Made by a program: the position numbers and the translations under genes. Positions 33,285 to 39,846 of a DNA stretch of 39,846 nt are shown piece after piece. A model generated the notes under the pieces. The model saw only the letters and a list, made by a program, of their open reading frames with translations, searched no databases and had not been told where the DNA came from. The stretch comes from a virus, in IMG/VR virus record IMGVR_UViG_2619618997_000001, positions 1 to 39,846 of that record; one strand, written 5' to 3'. Positions within the stretch are counted from its first letter, which is position 1. The number at the start of each line of letters is the position of its first letter.

Positions 33285-36055
33285 CCACAGAAGCTTATCC
33301 CGGCCCCGAGGAATACACCGTCAGCGGCACCGGACCCTATGCCATCAACCACGAGTTCACGCAGAACGCCGTTGCCCCCTTCGTCGTGATCGAGGGCGTC
33401 GAAACGGCGTTGGACAGTGATGATTTTTCTCTCAGCGCAGAAAGCGGTGACAGCGGCAACCTGACACTATCCGCAGGTGCGGCGACGACGCATGATGGCC
33501 GGACACTGAGGATCTATCGTGAGACGCCAATCGAGCAGGGTTGGAGCGGCGGCAACAGCCGTGAGAGGGGCGTTGAGGTCCAGATGGACCGCACCGTGCA
33601 GTCGGTGCAAGAAGCGTTGTATTGGTCACGTCGGTCGCTGCGCACGACCACAGCCCATCGCCCGCTTGATTTGAGTGGAAAAGATGACGTCACATTGCTC
33701 TGGAAAGATAATCGCTTCCAATCTGGACCTGCTGCGAGCGATATTGCGAGCGCGCAAGCATTTGCCGCAGCCGCAGCAGTTGCGCGAGATAAGGCCGAAC
33801 AATGGGCTGAAGAAGACGAAGACGTTGAAGTCGAAACCGATCAGTATTCGGCCAAGCATTGGGCGCGAAAAGCAGAAGCCGCACCGGCATTGCTGACCAT
33901 AGCGTCGCTGCGAAATCTTATACAATCTATGACGGCGAACGGAACGCTTGGGGCCTCTGACGAATTTACGGTCCTCGACGCGGACGACTTGGATACGCCC
34001 AAACGTGTAACACTTGCCACGCTACAAAATACGATCCTCGCCGCGCTTGATCTTGAAGAGTTAATTGACGCTCAAGACGCCGAAACGTCTCTCGGGGTTT
34101 CAGACAAGTTCGTATTTCGAGACGCGAGCGAAGGTGCGGCAAGGTCTGTGAACTTCGCGGCTTTGCGCGATGCGCTCATGACCAGCACGAATTTGAAATC
34201 CATCATTAATGGCCTGACAGCCGAAACGGTGCTTGGCGTGTCTGACCGCTTCACGTTCCTGGACGCGAGCGATAGCTCCGACCCTAAAACCGTCAACTTC
34301 CTCAGTTTGAAAAACGCGATCCTAAGCGATGCATATATGAAGGCGTTCATCGACGGACAAACGCTGGAAAGCTCCTTCGGCGTTTCCGACGTTCTGCTGT
34401 TCTTGGACGCCAGCAATGGGAGCGTCACCAGAAAGGCGAACTTTCTCACATTAATCAATTCGGTCATGACTGCGGCAAACGCCAAGATATTGATCGACAC
34501 GCTCACGCAAGTGTCTGAGCTTGGCGCTGCGGATAAAATGATCGTGCAGGATCAGAGCGATAGCGGGGCGACCCGGTATGTCAATATTCTCGATTTGCAC
34601 CGCAGCATTGAAGGGATTTCGACAAGCTTTCGAGGGAACGACAACGGGCGGTATTTCAATATCCGATCCGGCCACGACTATGTACACGCTTTGGCGAGCG
34701 ATGCTGACGGTCGCACCGTTCAGGTGAAACAGGCCCGTGTCGGATCGGATGATACTGCGGTTGTGGACGATGCGCGCCCGCTTAGGCTCTTCATGGGCTA
34801 CGGTGAGAGCCACATGCAAGACCTTACGACCAATATGGAGGACGGCACTGTTGTCCCTCCGTTCAAAGGCCAGCCGTATCCAAACCACATCTTGACAACC
34901 AGCGGCGAGCGTTTCTTCGACACGACCGTTTCGACGGGCGCGGAGTTGACAGGGCTGGAACCTCTGGACGACGGCGACCTGATCGCCAACAAGCAATGCC
35001 CGATCAACCTTATTGCTATTGCGACCGAGTACCTTGAACGACGGTACGGCGCAATGAACCTTGAAGGCACGCCGGGCACCGTATGCTTTCGCGTTGCGGA
35101 AGGCGGTGAAGCGACAGTCGCCTTCGAAGAGGCAACCAACGCCTACGACAACGTGATCACCGCGGCCGGAGCGATCCAAACACTTGCGTCAGGCTACGGT
35201 CGTGACCTTGAGGTGGATGCGGTCTGGGCCTTCCAAGGCACCAACGGCGTCAACGGCGTCGATGAGACCGACAACAACCTGTTTGCCTCGAAGTGGGCTG
35301 CGATCAAGACGGCTATGATTGCCGATCTGAAGACGGAAACCGGCCAGTCCGGCGACCCGCTTTGGTTCATGTTCCAGGTTGGCAACAAGGACAGCGGCAT
35401 ATTGGGGAGTGCCGAGGGCATCCCGGAGGAACAGCGGAGCCTCGCGCAAAGCGACAGCAACGTGATCCTGTTCACCAACATGGCCTGTTACCCCGAGAAG
35501 GACAATGTTCACCTTGGCAGGCCGGGCAAGATGATGACGGCAGACGCGGCGAGCGTTGCTTACCGAACGGTCAAGCTCGGGGGCACGTTCCAGGCACCGG
35601 GGTTTACGGTCACGGCGTCCCGGTCGGGCGATACCGTCACTGTGACGGTCAACTCAACCAGTATCAGGCTGACAGGCGACGATGATATTGAGCTTGTTCA
35701 GATCGAAGAGGTTCCGACTTCCGAAATGCCTGCCATTGCCCAGAAAGGCTTCCGTTTCTTCTACAATGGCGTTGAACAAACTATCGACACGGTGTCGGTA
35801 GGAACGGAAAGCGGCGGGAATGGCGAGGGCTTGGAATTTACTCTGACCCTCGCGAGCGACCCAGGCTCCGCCGGCACCGAAATCGTGTCGCTCGGGCGGA
35901 GTGAAGAGCTGAACGACGGCGACAACTGGTCAGGCTCGCGGCATCCGTTCTACCTTGATACCGGCGTCAAGAGCGTCTGGCGTAACTGGTTTGGATACCA
36001 GGACGTGCCCGACACGATCCGCATTCCCCTGCTCAGCTTCGAAGAGACGCTTTAA
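33281..36055 (+). CDS. Tail fibre/tailspike: conserved N-terminal adaptor, five 47-aa repeats, SGNH/SASA-like esterase-like domain
   Basis: In-frame ATG at 33281 (GGAGG, ATGA overlap). Last structural gene before lysis. Repeats and esterase-like blocks are described under findings. Confidence 0.65.
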   Translation: MTTEAYPGPEEYTVSGTGPYAINHEFTQNAVAPFVVIEGVETALDSDDFSLSAESGDSGNLTLSAGAATTHDGRTLRIYRETPIEQGWSGGNSRERGVEVQMDRTVQSVQEALYWSRRSLRTTTAHRPLDLSGKDDVTLLWKDNRFQSGPAASDIASAQAFAAAAAVARDKAEQWAEEDEDVEVETDQYSAKHWARKAEAAPALLTIASLRNLIQSMTANGTLGASDEFTVLDADDLDTPKRVTLATLQNTILAALDLEELIDAQDAETSLGVSDKFVFRDASEGAARSVNFAALRDALMTSTNLKSIINGLTAETVLGVSDRFTFLDASDSSDPKTVNFLSLKNAILSDAYMKAFIDGQTLESSFGVSDVLLFLDASNGSVTRKANFLTLINSVMTAANAKILIDTLTQVSELGAADKMIVQDQSDSGATRYVNILDLHRSIEGISTSFRGNDNGRYFNIRSGHDYVHALASDADGRTVQVKQARVGSDDTAVVDDARPLRLFMGYGESHMQDLTTNMEDGTVVPPFKGQPYPNHILTTSGERFFDTTVSTGAELTGLEPLDDGDLIANKQCPINLIAIATEYLERRYGAMNLEGTPGTVCFRVAEGGEATVAFEEATNAYDNVITAAGAIQTLASGYGRDLEVDAVWAFQGTNGVNGVDETDNNLFASKWAAIKTAMIADLKTETGQSGDPLWFMFQVGNKDSGILGSAEGIPEEQRSLAQSDSNVILFTNMACYPEKDNVHLGRPGKMMTADAASVAYRTVKLGGTFQAPGFTVTASRSGDTVTVTVNSTSIRLTGDDDIELVQIEEVPTSEMPAIAQKGFRFFYNGVEQTIDTVSVGTESGGNGEGLEFTLTLASDPGSAGTEIVSLGRSEELNDGDNWSGSRHPFYLDTGVKSVWRNWFGYQDVPDTIRIPLLSFEETL

Positions 36056-36056
36056 T

Positions 36057-36299
36057 ATGGAAGAGTTCATCAGCAAATTCTGGCATGTCATCGCAGCGGC
36101 GGTCGTATCGCTCGGGTGGCTATTCCGCCTCGAGGCAAGAGGTGCACTCAACAGCAGGGACATCAAGCGCGAAGAGGATCGGCGTCGCGAGGAGGTGGCT
36201 CGGCTGGAAAAGGGCCGTGCCGAAGACAAGGCGGAGATCACCGGCAAGCTGGACATCATTTCCGAGGATATCAAGCAGCTATTGAGGCAAGGAAGATGA
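36057..36299 (+). CDS. Holin-like protein (one TM plus charged coiled C-terminus), 80 aa
   Basis: TM FWHVIAAAVVSLGWLF. Lies directly upstream of the endolysin. Confidence 0.45.
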   Translation: MEEFISKFWHVIAAAVVSLGWLFRLEARGALNSRDIKREEDRRREEVARLEKGRAEDKAEITGKLDIISEDIKQLLRQGR

Positions 36300-36433
36300 C
36301 CCAGAACGCACCCTGGCGTGGCGCAGCCCGCCCAGCGTTCACCGTCTTCAGTTTTGTTGGGCTCGTCATCATCAATGCCTTGCTCTTTTTTCGTGAGCAA
36401 ATTCATCAACTGATCTTCGGCACAGGAGGCTGA
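36296..36433 (+). CDS. Small 45-aa single-TM protein (holin/antiholin candidate)
   Basis: ATGA coupling. TM FTVFSFVGLVIINALLFF. Confidence 0.4.
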   Translation: MTQNAPWRGAARPAFTVFSFVGLVIINALLFFREQIHQLIFGTGG

Positions 36434-36434
36434 C

Positions 36435-37043
36435 ATGCTGAAATCCTATGACCACTTCACCCAATGGCCGGAAGATGAATGGCCCTGGGCTAACTTCTCG
36501 CCGCGGGAAATGGCGAGCAAGCGCGAGGGCGAGCTGAAGCTCAACACGCGGGCAATGGACATGCTGCAGCAGCTGCGCAATCAGCTCGGCCGGCCGCTCA
36601 TTGTCGTAAGCGCCTATCGGAGCCCGGAACACAATCGCGCAGTTGGTGGGGCAAAGCACTCAAAGCACATGCTGGGAGAAGCCTTTGACATCAGGATGGA
36701 CAATCACGATCCCATCCGGTTCGAGGAAGCTGCCCGCGCCGTCGGCTTCCAGGGCTTCGGTTTCTATCCGGCCTCGGGCTTCATGCACATCGACATGGGG
36801 CCGCGTCGGGAGTGGGGCACACGTTGGAAGCAAACGGCCACCAATCTGCCCAACGAAAATACACGCAAGCCGCCGGTAAAAGCCGCCACCGGCGCCGTCG
36901 CTTCGGCCGCCACGGCCGTGGCCATCGAAAACGTACCGGCCGCAACCCAACTGCTTGGCGATCTGGCGCCCGTCGCCCAGACTGCGGCCGTCTTGGCGAT
37001 CATCGCCTTTGCGGCATACCTGCTTTGGCGGGGCTGGCATTGA
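36435..37043 (+). CDS. Endolysin, peptidase M15A (YcbK/DUF882-like) with C-terminal TM segment
   Basis: Motifs AYRSPEHNRAVGGAKHSKHMLGEAFD and GFYPASGFMHIDMG (zinc ligands H, D, H). C-terminal segment TAAVLAIIAFAAYLLW. AGGAGG SD. Confidence 0.8.
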   Translation: MLKSYDHFTQWPEDEWPWANFSPREMASKREGELKLNTRAMDMLQQLRNQLGRPLIVVSAYRSPEHNRAVGGAKHSKHMLGEAFDIRMDNHDPIRFEEAARAVGFQGFGFYPASGFMHIDMGPRREWGTRWKQTATNLPNENTRKPPVKAATGAVASAATAVAIENVPAATQLLGDLAPVAQTAAVLAIIAFAAYLLWRGWH

Positions 37044-37300
37044 TTGCCCAGCTCGCCAGCGCCTTGGGCGTATCACGCGGCATAGTACTGGCGGGGGTGG
37101 TGGCCGGAATGCTGGCCCTCGCCGCCACAGGCGCCGCGTGGCTGCGTTCAGACGCCGTGCGGGACCATGAGGCCCGCGAGGCTGTTGAGGGCGCTCAGGG
37201 GCGCTTACAGACGCTTGAGGAAGGCGACAGGAGACGGAACGATGTGGACGCGATGGACGACGATAGCCTGCGCGATGTGCTTCTTGACTGGCTGCGCTGA
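37040..37300 (+). CDS. i-spanin candidate (N-terminal TM, charged periplasmic part)
   Basis: In-frame TTG at 37040 overlaps the endolysin stop. TM IVLAGVVAGMLALAATGAAW. Overlaps the o-spanin ORF. Confidence 0.4.
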   Translation: MIAQLASALGVSRGIVLAGVVAGMLALAATGAAWLRSDAVRDHEAREAVEGAQGRLQTLEEGDRRRNDVDAMDDDSLRDVLLDWLR

Positions 37301-37475
37301 CTGGTTCGATGTCGAGGAACGGCCTGGCAGCCCGGCGCAGTTCAAGGACGTGCAGCGCCAGCCGCCCAAGATTGACGAAAGCACTGTCGACTACCTGATC
37401 GAGAATGAACGGCCGTTCGCGGGATGGCTGGCGGAAACGCTGATAGCCTGCGAAGAACACGGGTGTCGGCCCTGA
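37242..37475 (+). CDS. o-spanin candidate (lipoprotein, lipobox LTGC)
   Basis: MWTRWTTIACAMCFLTGCADW. Starts inside the 3' end of the i-spanin ORF, in another frame. Confidence 0.6.
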   Translation: MWTRWTTIACAMCFLTGCADWFDVEERPGSPAQFKDVQRQPPKIDESTVDYLIENERPFAGWLAETLIACEEHGCRP

Positions 37476-37495
37476 TTGCAGGACCGTCCTCTGAT

Positions 37496-37711
37496 TCAAT
37501 CGAGATAGTTGGCGCGAATGTCGCGGGCCAAAAGCGGGTAATCCGCCTCGCAGGCATCGGCATAAGCGGACAGGGCAGCGCGGGCGAATTTGTCATGCGT
37601 GATGTCCAGCACGAAATACTCGCAGCCGTCATGCTCCTCACCGGGGGCGGACTTGCCGTCCGTCCGCTCGACGTGGAATTTATTGTATAGTCCTCGGGAT
37701 TGGTCAGGCAT
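37496..37711 (-). CDS. Hypothetical acidic 71-aa protein
   Basis: GAGGG SD. Second gene of a two-gene minus-strand operon. Confidence 0.55.
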   Translation of the reverse strand: MPDQSRGLYNKFHVERTDGKSAPGEEHDGCEYFVLDITHDKFARAALSAYADACEADYPLLARDIRANYLD

Positions 37712-37722
37712 TTGGGTTCCCT

Positions 37723-37875
37723 CTACTTGGATTGCTCAAGGCGCTCGATCTGAGCGTCTAGGCGGGGAGCCAGATCGGCTGGGTTCAGGTCAACCAACTC
37801 GCGCCACCAGCGGAGCGTTGAGAGCGGCACAGTGGCATGCGGCTCAGTGGCGGCTTCTGCGTGTGTCTTCGGCAT
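37723..37875 (-). CDS. Hidden 50-aa ORF (MPKTHAEAATEPHATVPLSTLRWWRELVDLNPADLAPRLDAQIERLEQSK)
   Basis: Not in the track. Translated codon by codon. GAGGA lies about 8 nt upstream. Its stop is 11 nt before the next gene. Confidence 0.45.
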   Translation of the reverse strand: MPKTHAEAATEPHATVPLSTLRWWRELVDLNPADLAPRLDAQIERLEQSK

Positions 37876-37884
37876 CTGAGTGTC

Positions 37885-37978
37885 CTCTACTTTTCTACAG
37901 TTGACTTATCTACAATCTACAGTACCTTTTCTACAAGTCAATTCGGAAACTGTAGAAAATGCTGCAACCTGTAGAAAA
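37885..37978. promoter_or_regulatory. Operator array with divergent overlapping promoters
   Basis: TCTACA at 37894, 37909, 37916 and 37930 (+); TGTAGA at 37951 and 37970. 10-mers TTTTCTACAG/CTGTAGAAAA at 37891, 37927 (1 mismatch), 37950 and 37969. TTGACT hexamers at 37901-37906 (+) and 37941-37936 (-). -10 candidates TACCTT (37923-37928, +) and TAGATT (37919-37914, -). Confidence 0.55.
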
Positions 37979-38555
37979 ACCCGGCTATCGTCCGCCCATG
38001 AAAGTTGGATTCGGGACGAAAGAGCAGCGCGCATCGCTTCTCGTGGCGGGGGCCGAACAGGTCTATGCGCCTGATGATCTGCCGTTTCTTGTGAAGTATC
38101 CCGGCCTCGCGATCCGCGATGGCGACACCGTGATTTTCGCCCAGCCTGGCCTGATGAAGAAAAGCGACATGACCTCGATCCTGTCAGCTGCCGAGGGCGG
38201 GGGCATCGCCTTCCAGGTCATCGGTCACGAGCCCGTCATCTGCGACAGCGATGCGAAGCTTTCAGAGTTTCGCCGGCAGAAGCCGCGCACATTGGACGTG
38301 CCGGTAGTGCAGACACACGGCCGGCCCGCGACAATCCAGTACACCGACAAGCAGGCGGACGCGATCATTCGCGAGTGGCACGCCGTCCCGAAGCGGCCGC
38401 CGCGCGAAGTGGTAAAGACGGCCGAGGGCATTCTTGGTCTTGAGACTGGCACACTGAAAACCTCGTGGGTGCGCGATCTTGTGATAAAGTATGTCGGAAC
38501 CGCGCAGCGGGCGAAGCCGGATCACTGGGCCGGCATTTCTACAGAACCACACTAG
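37959..38555 (+). CDS. Resolvase-fold-like protein lacking the catalytic Ser motif, with C-terminal HTH-like segment
   Basis: By eye, MKVGFGTKEQ...DGDTVIFAQPGLMKKS..MTSIL...GIAFQVI...GRPATIQYTD...AIIREW aligns to the serine-recombinase layout, but YARVS is replaced by GFGTK. The start is uncertain (ATG 37959 lies inside the operators; alternative ATG 37998). Confidence 0.45.
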   Translation: MLQPVEKPGYRPPMKVGFGTKEQRASLLVAGAEQVYAPDDLPFLVKYPGLAIRDGDTVIFAQPGLMKKSDMTSILSAAEGGGIAFQVIGHEPVICDSDAKLSEFRRQKPRTLDVPVVQTHGRPATIQYTDKQADAIIREWHAVPKRPPREVVKTAEGILGLETGTLKTSWVRDLVIKYVGTAQRAKPDHWAGISTEPH

Positions 38556-38566
38556 GAGAAGAAGAT

Positions 38567-39100
38567 ATGGGCGAGCAGAGACGAGGCGACTGGATGCAAA
38601 CGGCTACCGGGTTGGCGTTCTGGCCAATGGACCCTAGGCCGTCCGAGGTCAAGATTGAAGATATCGCGCACGCGCTGTCGAACCTGTGCCGGTATGCTGG
38701 TCACTGTCGTGAGTTCTACTCGGTGGCGCAACACTCCGTTCTTGTGTCCAGGAATGTGCCGAAGGAGTTTCGACTTTGGGGACTACTACATGACGCATCT
38801 GAGGCGTACTTAGTTGATGTTCCTCGCCCCGTGAAGCCGTTTATTGGTGGCTACAAGGAGGCAGAAGAATCTGTTGAACGCGCAGTCGCTGAGGCGTTCG
38901 GCTTGACATGGCCAATCCCAGTTGAAGTGAAGCGTGTTGATAGCGCAATTCTCGCGGATGAAGCGGCGCAGATCATGGCGAGCCCACCCCGTGATTGGTG
39001 CCTGCCGGAGCCGCGCCTTGGGATCAGTATTGATCCTTGGTCGCCGCAGACCGCAAAGCGCAAGTTTCTTAAGGCGTTTCACGATCTAAATCTCAGTTAA
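38567..39100 (+). CDS. HD-domain phosphohydrolase (YfbR-like 5'-nucleotidase family pattern)
   Basis: H...HD...D pattern: VAQHSVLV, LLHDASEAYLVDVPRPVK, RVDSAILADE. AGGAG SD. In-frame ATG at 38567. Confidence 0.7.
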   Translation: MGEQRRGDWMQTATGLAFWPMDPRPSEVKIEDIAHALSNLCRYAGHCREFYSVAQHSVLVSRNVPKEFRLWGLLHDASEAYLVDVPRPVKPFIGGYKEAEESVERAVAEAFGLTWPIPVEVKRVDSAILADEAAQIMASPPRDWCLPEPRLGISIDPWSPQTAKRKFLKAFHDLNLS

Positions 39101-39114
39101 GGAGGGGCCCAATC

Positions 39115-39321
39115 GTGATATTTAAAGACCGTCCAAAGCGCTCACGCGCACTCATCAAATATCTAAGAATGGCGCGGCGGCGAGGTCGAATGACTGCCGC
39201 TGAAATCCGCGACCAGAGGATCAGCTTCGCCTACGGTCAGATGATGGACAGCGCACCAAACGTGACCAAGGAGGACGTGGAGCGGATACACGACGAGATC
39301 TACGGGGAGGCCGACCGATGA
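39115..39321 (+). CDS. Hypothetical basic 68-aa protein
   Basis: GTG start after GGAGGGG. ORF in the track. Confidence 0.45.
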   Translation: MIFKDRPKRSRALIKYLRMARRRGRMTAAEIRDQRISFAYGQMMDSAPNVTKEDVERIHDEIYGEADR

Positions 39322-39482
39322 TCACTCCGCAGGAATACGAGGCAATGCGCACCGATCCGCAGTATCTGGTCAAGAAGCATCGCGCGATGTGTGAGCGTGG
39401 CGACCACGTTCCGATGAAGGCCAAGCTTGACGAGAGCGTGTCATGCATCAGGTGCGGCGCCGATCTTGGCCAATCTCAGTAA
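39318..39482 (+). CDS. Hidden 54-aa ORF (MITPQEYEAMRTDPQYLVKKHRAMCERGDHVPMKAKLDESVSCIRCGADLGQSQ)
   Basis: Not in the track. ATGA overlap with the upstream stop. Translated codon by codon. Confidence 0.4.
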   Translation: MITPQEYEAMRTDPQYLVKKHRAMCERGDHVPMKAKLDESVSCIRCGADLGQSQ

Positions 39483-39495
39483 TGGAGGCCGACCG

Positions 39496-39744
39496 ATGGC
39501 AACACTTGAAGAAATGATGGCCGATGCCGCCGAGCGTGTGAAGGCCATGACCCCCGAAGAGCGCGCGGCTATGCACCAGGCGCAGAAACGCAGCTTCATG
39601 CGTGCGGAGGCGTCCTTCGGGTCGGACGAAGATGAGCGGGCATATAGCCGGGCCGTTGCGCACGGCGACGAGGCCGAGATTGCGCGGCTCGAAGCTGAGG
39701 CGTCGGCGCGGGTGGATGCTGTAGAGAGTTTGCTTTCGGACTAG
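39496..39744 (+). CDS. Hypothetical 82-aa acidic helical protein
   Basis: In-frame ATG at 39496, preceded by the same 15-nt initiation region as at 39306-39320. Confidence 0.5.
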   Translation: MATLEEMMADAAERVKAMTPEERAAMHQAQKRSFMRAEASFGSDEDERAYSRAVAHGDEAEIARLEAEASARVDAVESLLSD

Positions 39745-39824
39745 TTTCCCTAAGCTATTGATATCCAACACAGTCTTAAATCACTAGAAAACTGCTAAGT
39801 CATTGAAATCATTCATCTTGACAG

Positions 39825-39846
39825 TGATTTGTAATCAGTAGGTCGG
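39825..39846. repeat. attR core (right copy of the 22-nt repeat; tRNA-Thr fragment)
   Basis: Identical to 1-22. Preceded by an AT-rich non-coding stretch (39745-39824). Confidence 0.85.

Larger units (their letters stand above)
1..39846. mobile_element. Integrated temperate prophage (lambda-like immunity/early regions plus a T7-like podovirus virion module) inserted in a tRNA-Thr gene
   Basis: 22-nt direct repeat at both window ends. Integrase sits next to the tRNA end. CI/Cro switch, replication, terminase, portal-to-tail-fibre and lysis modules are all present, in mostly translationally coupled operons. Confidence 0.85.

Noticed and set aside
37476-37495. Expected bidirectional terminator between the convergent o-spanin and 71-aa genes
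   Set aside because: Only a 4-bp GGAC/GTCC stem is present and there is no T-run, so I did not call a terminator.

Overview
The window is essentially one integrated temperate prophage (about 39.8 kb, GC-rich). An alphaproteobacterial host is only a guess from composition. It is bounded by a 22-nt direct repeat (1-22 = 39825-39846), which is the anticodon-arm/variable-loop part of a tRNA-Thr(UGU) gene whose 3' end occupies 1-48.

Gene order, left to right:
- tRNA/attL, with clustered CGTCCGA arm-type-like repeats.
- Two translationally coupled small ORFs that are not in the ORF track.
- Tyrosine integrase (-).
- A leftward early operon of about 12 small genes (-), including an AlpA-like Xis candidate and several Cys-rich proteins.
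- A PL-like promoter with a 17-bp palindromic operator.
- An AT-richer membrane-protein gene coupled to a CI-like repressor (-).
- A second copy of the operator.
- A Cro-like gene and the rightward early/replication operon (Toprim primase-like, P-loop helicase-like).
- A 420-bp non-coding iteron / AT-rich / alternating-GC region.
- terS-like gene, terL, and a GNAT-like ORF.
- T7-type portal.
- An accessory island: a reverse-strand lipoprotein plus secreted protein, a structured leader with an intrinsic terminator, a Bro-N antirepressor-like gene and two small ORFs.
- Scaffold (ADPP tandem repeat), major capsid, tubular proteins A/B, and internal virion/ejection proteins (one with a lysozyme domain).
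- A tail fibre with five 47-aa repeats and an esterase-like domain.
- Two holin-like ORFs, an M15 endolysin and overlapping spanins.
- A right-arm accessory module: a TCTACA operator array with divergent promoters, a hidden 50-aa ORF, a resolvase-like protein lacking the catalytic Ser, an HD hydrolase and small ORFs.
- attR.

No CRISPR array, rRNA, transposase or reverse transcriptase was seen.

Best candidates for something new:
1. The island that splits the otherwise T7-syntenic portal-scaffold junction (16728-19106), together with a CI repressor that seems to lack the S24 nucleophile.
2. The 12-copy CCACAAC dyad array (11067-11337).
3. The self-regulated right-arm module (37496-39100).
4. 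The cI-linked membrane protein (4425-4697).

All functional calls come from motif and synteny reading by eye. No database search was run.
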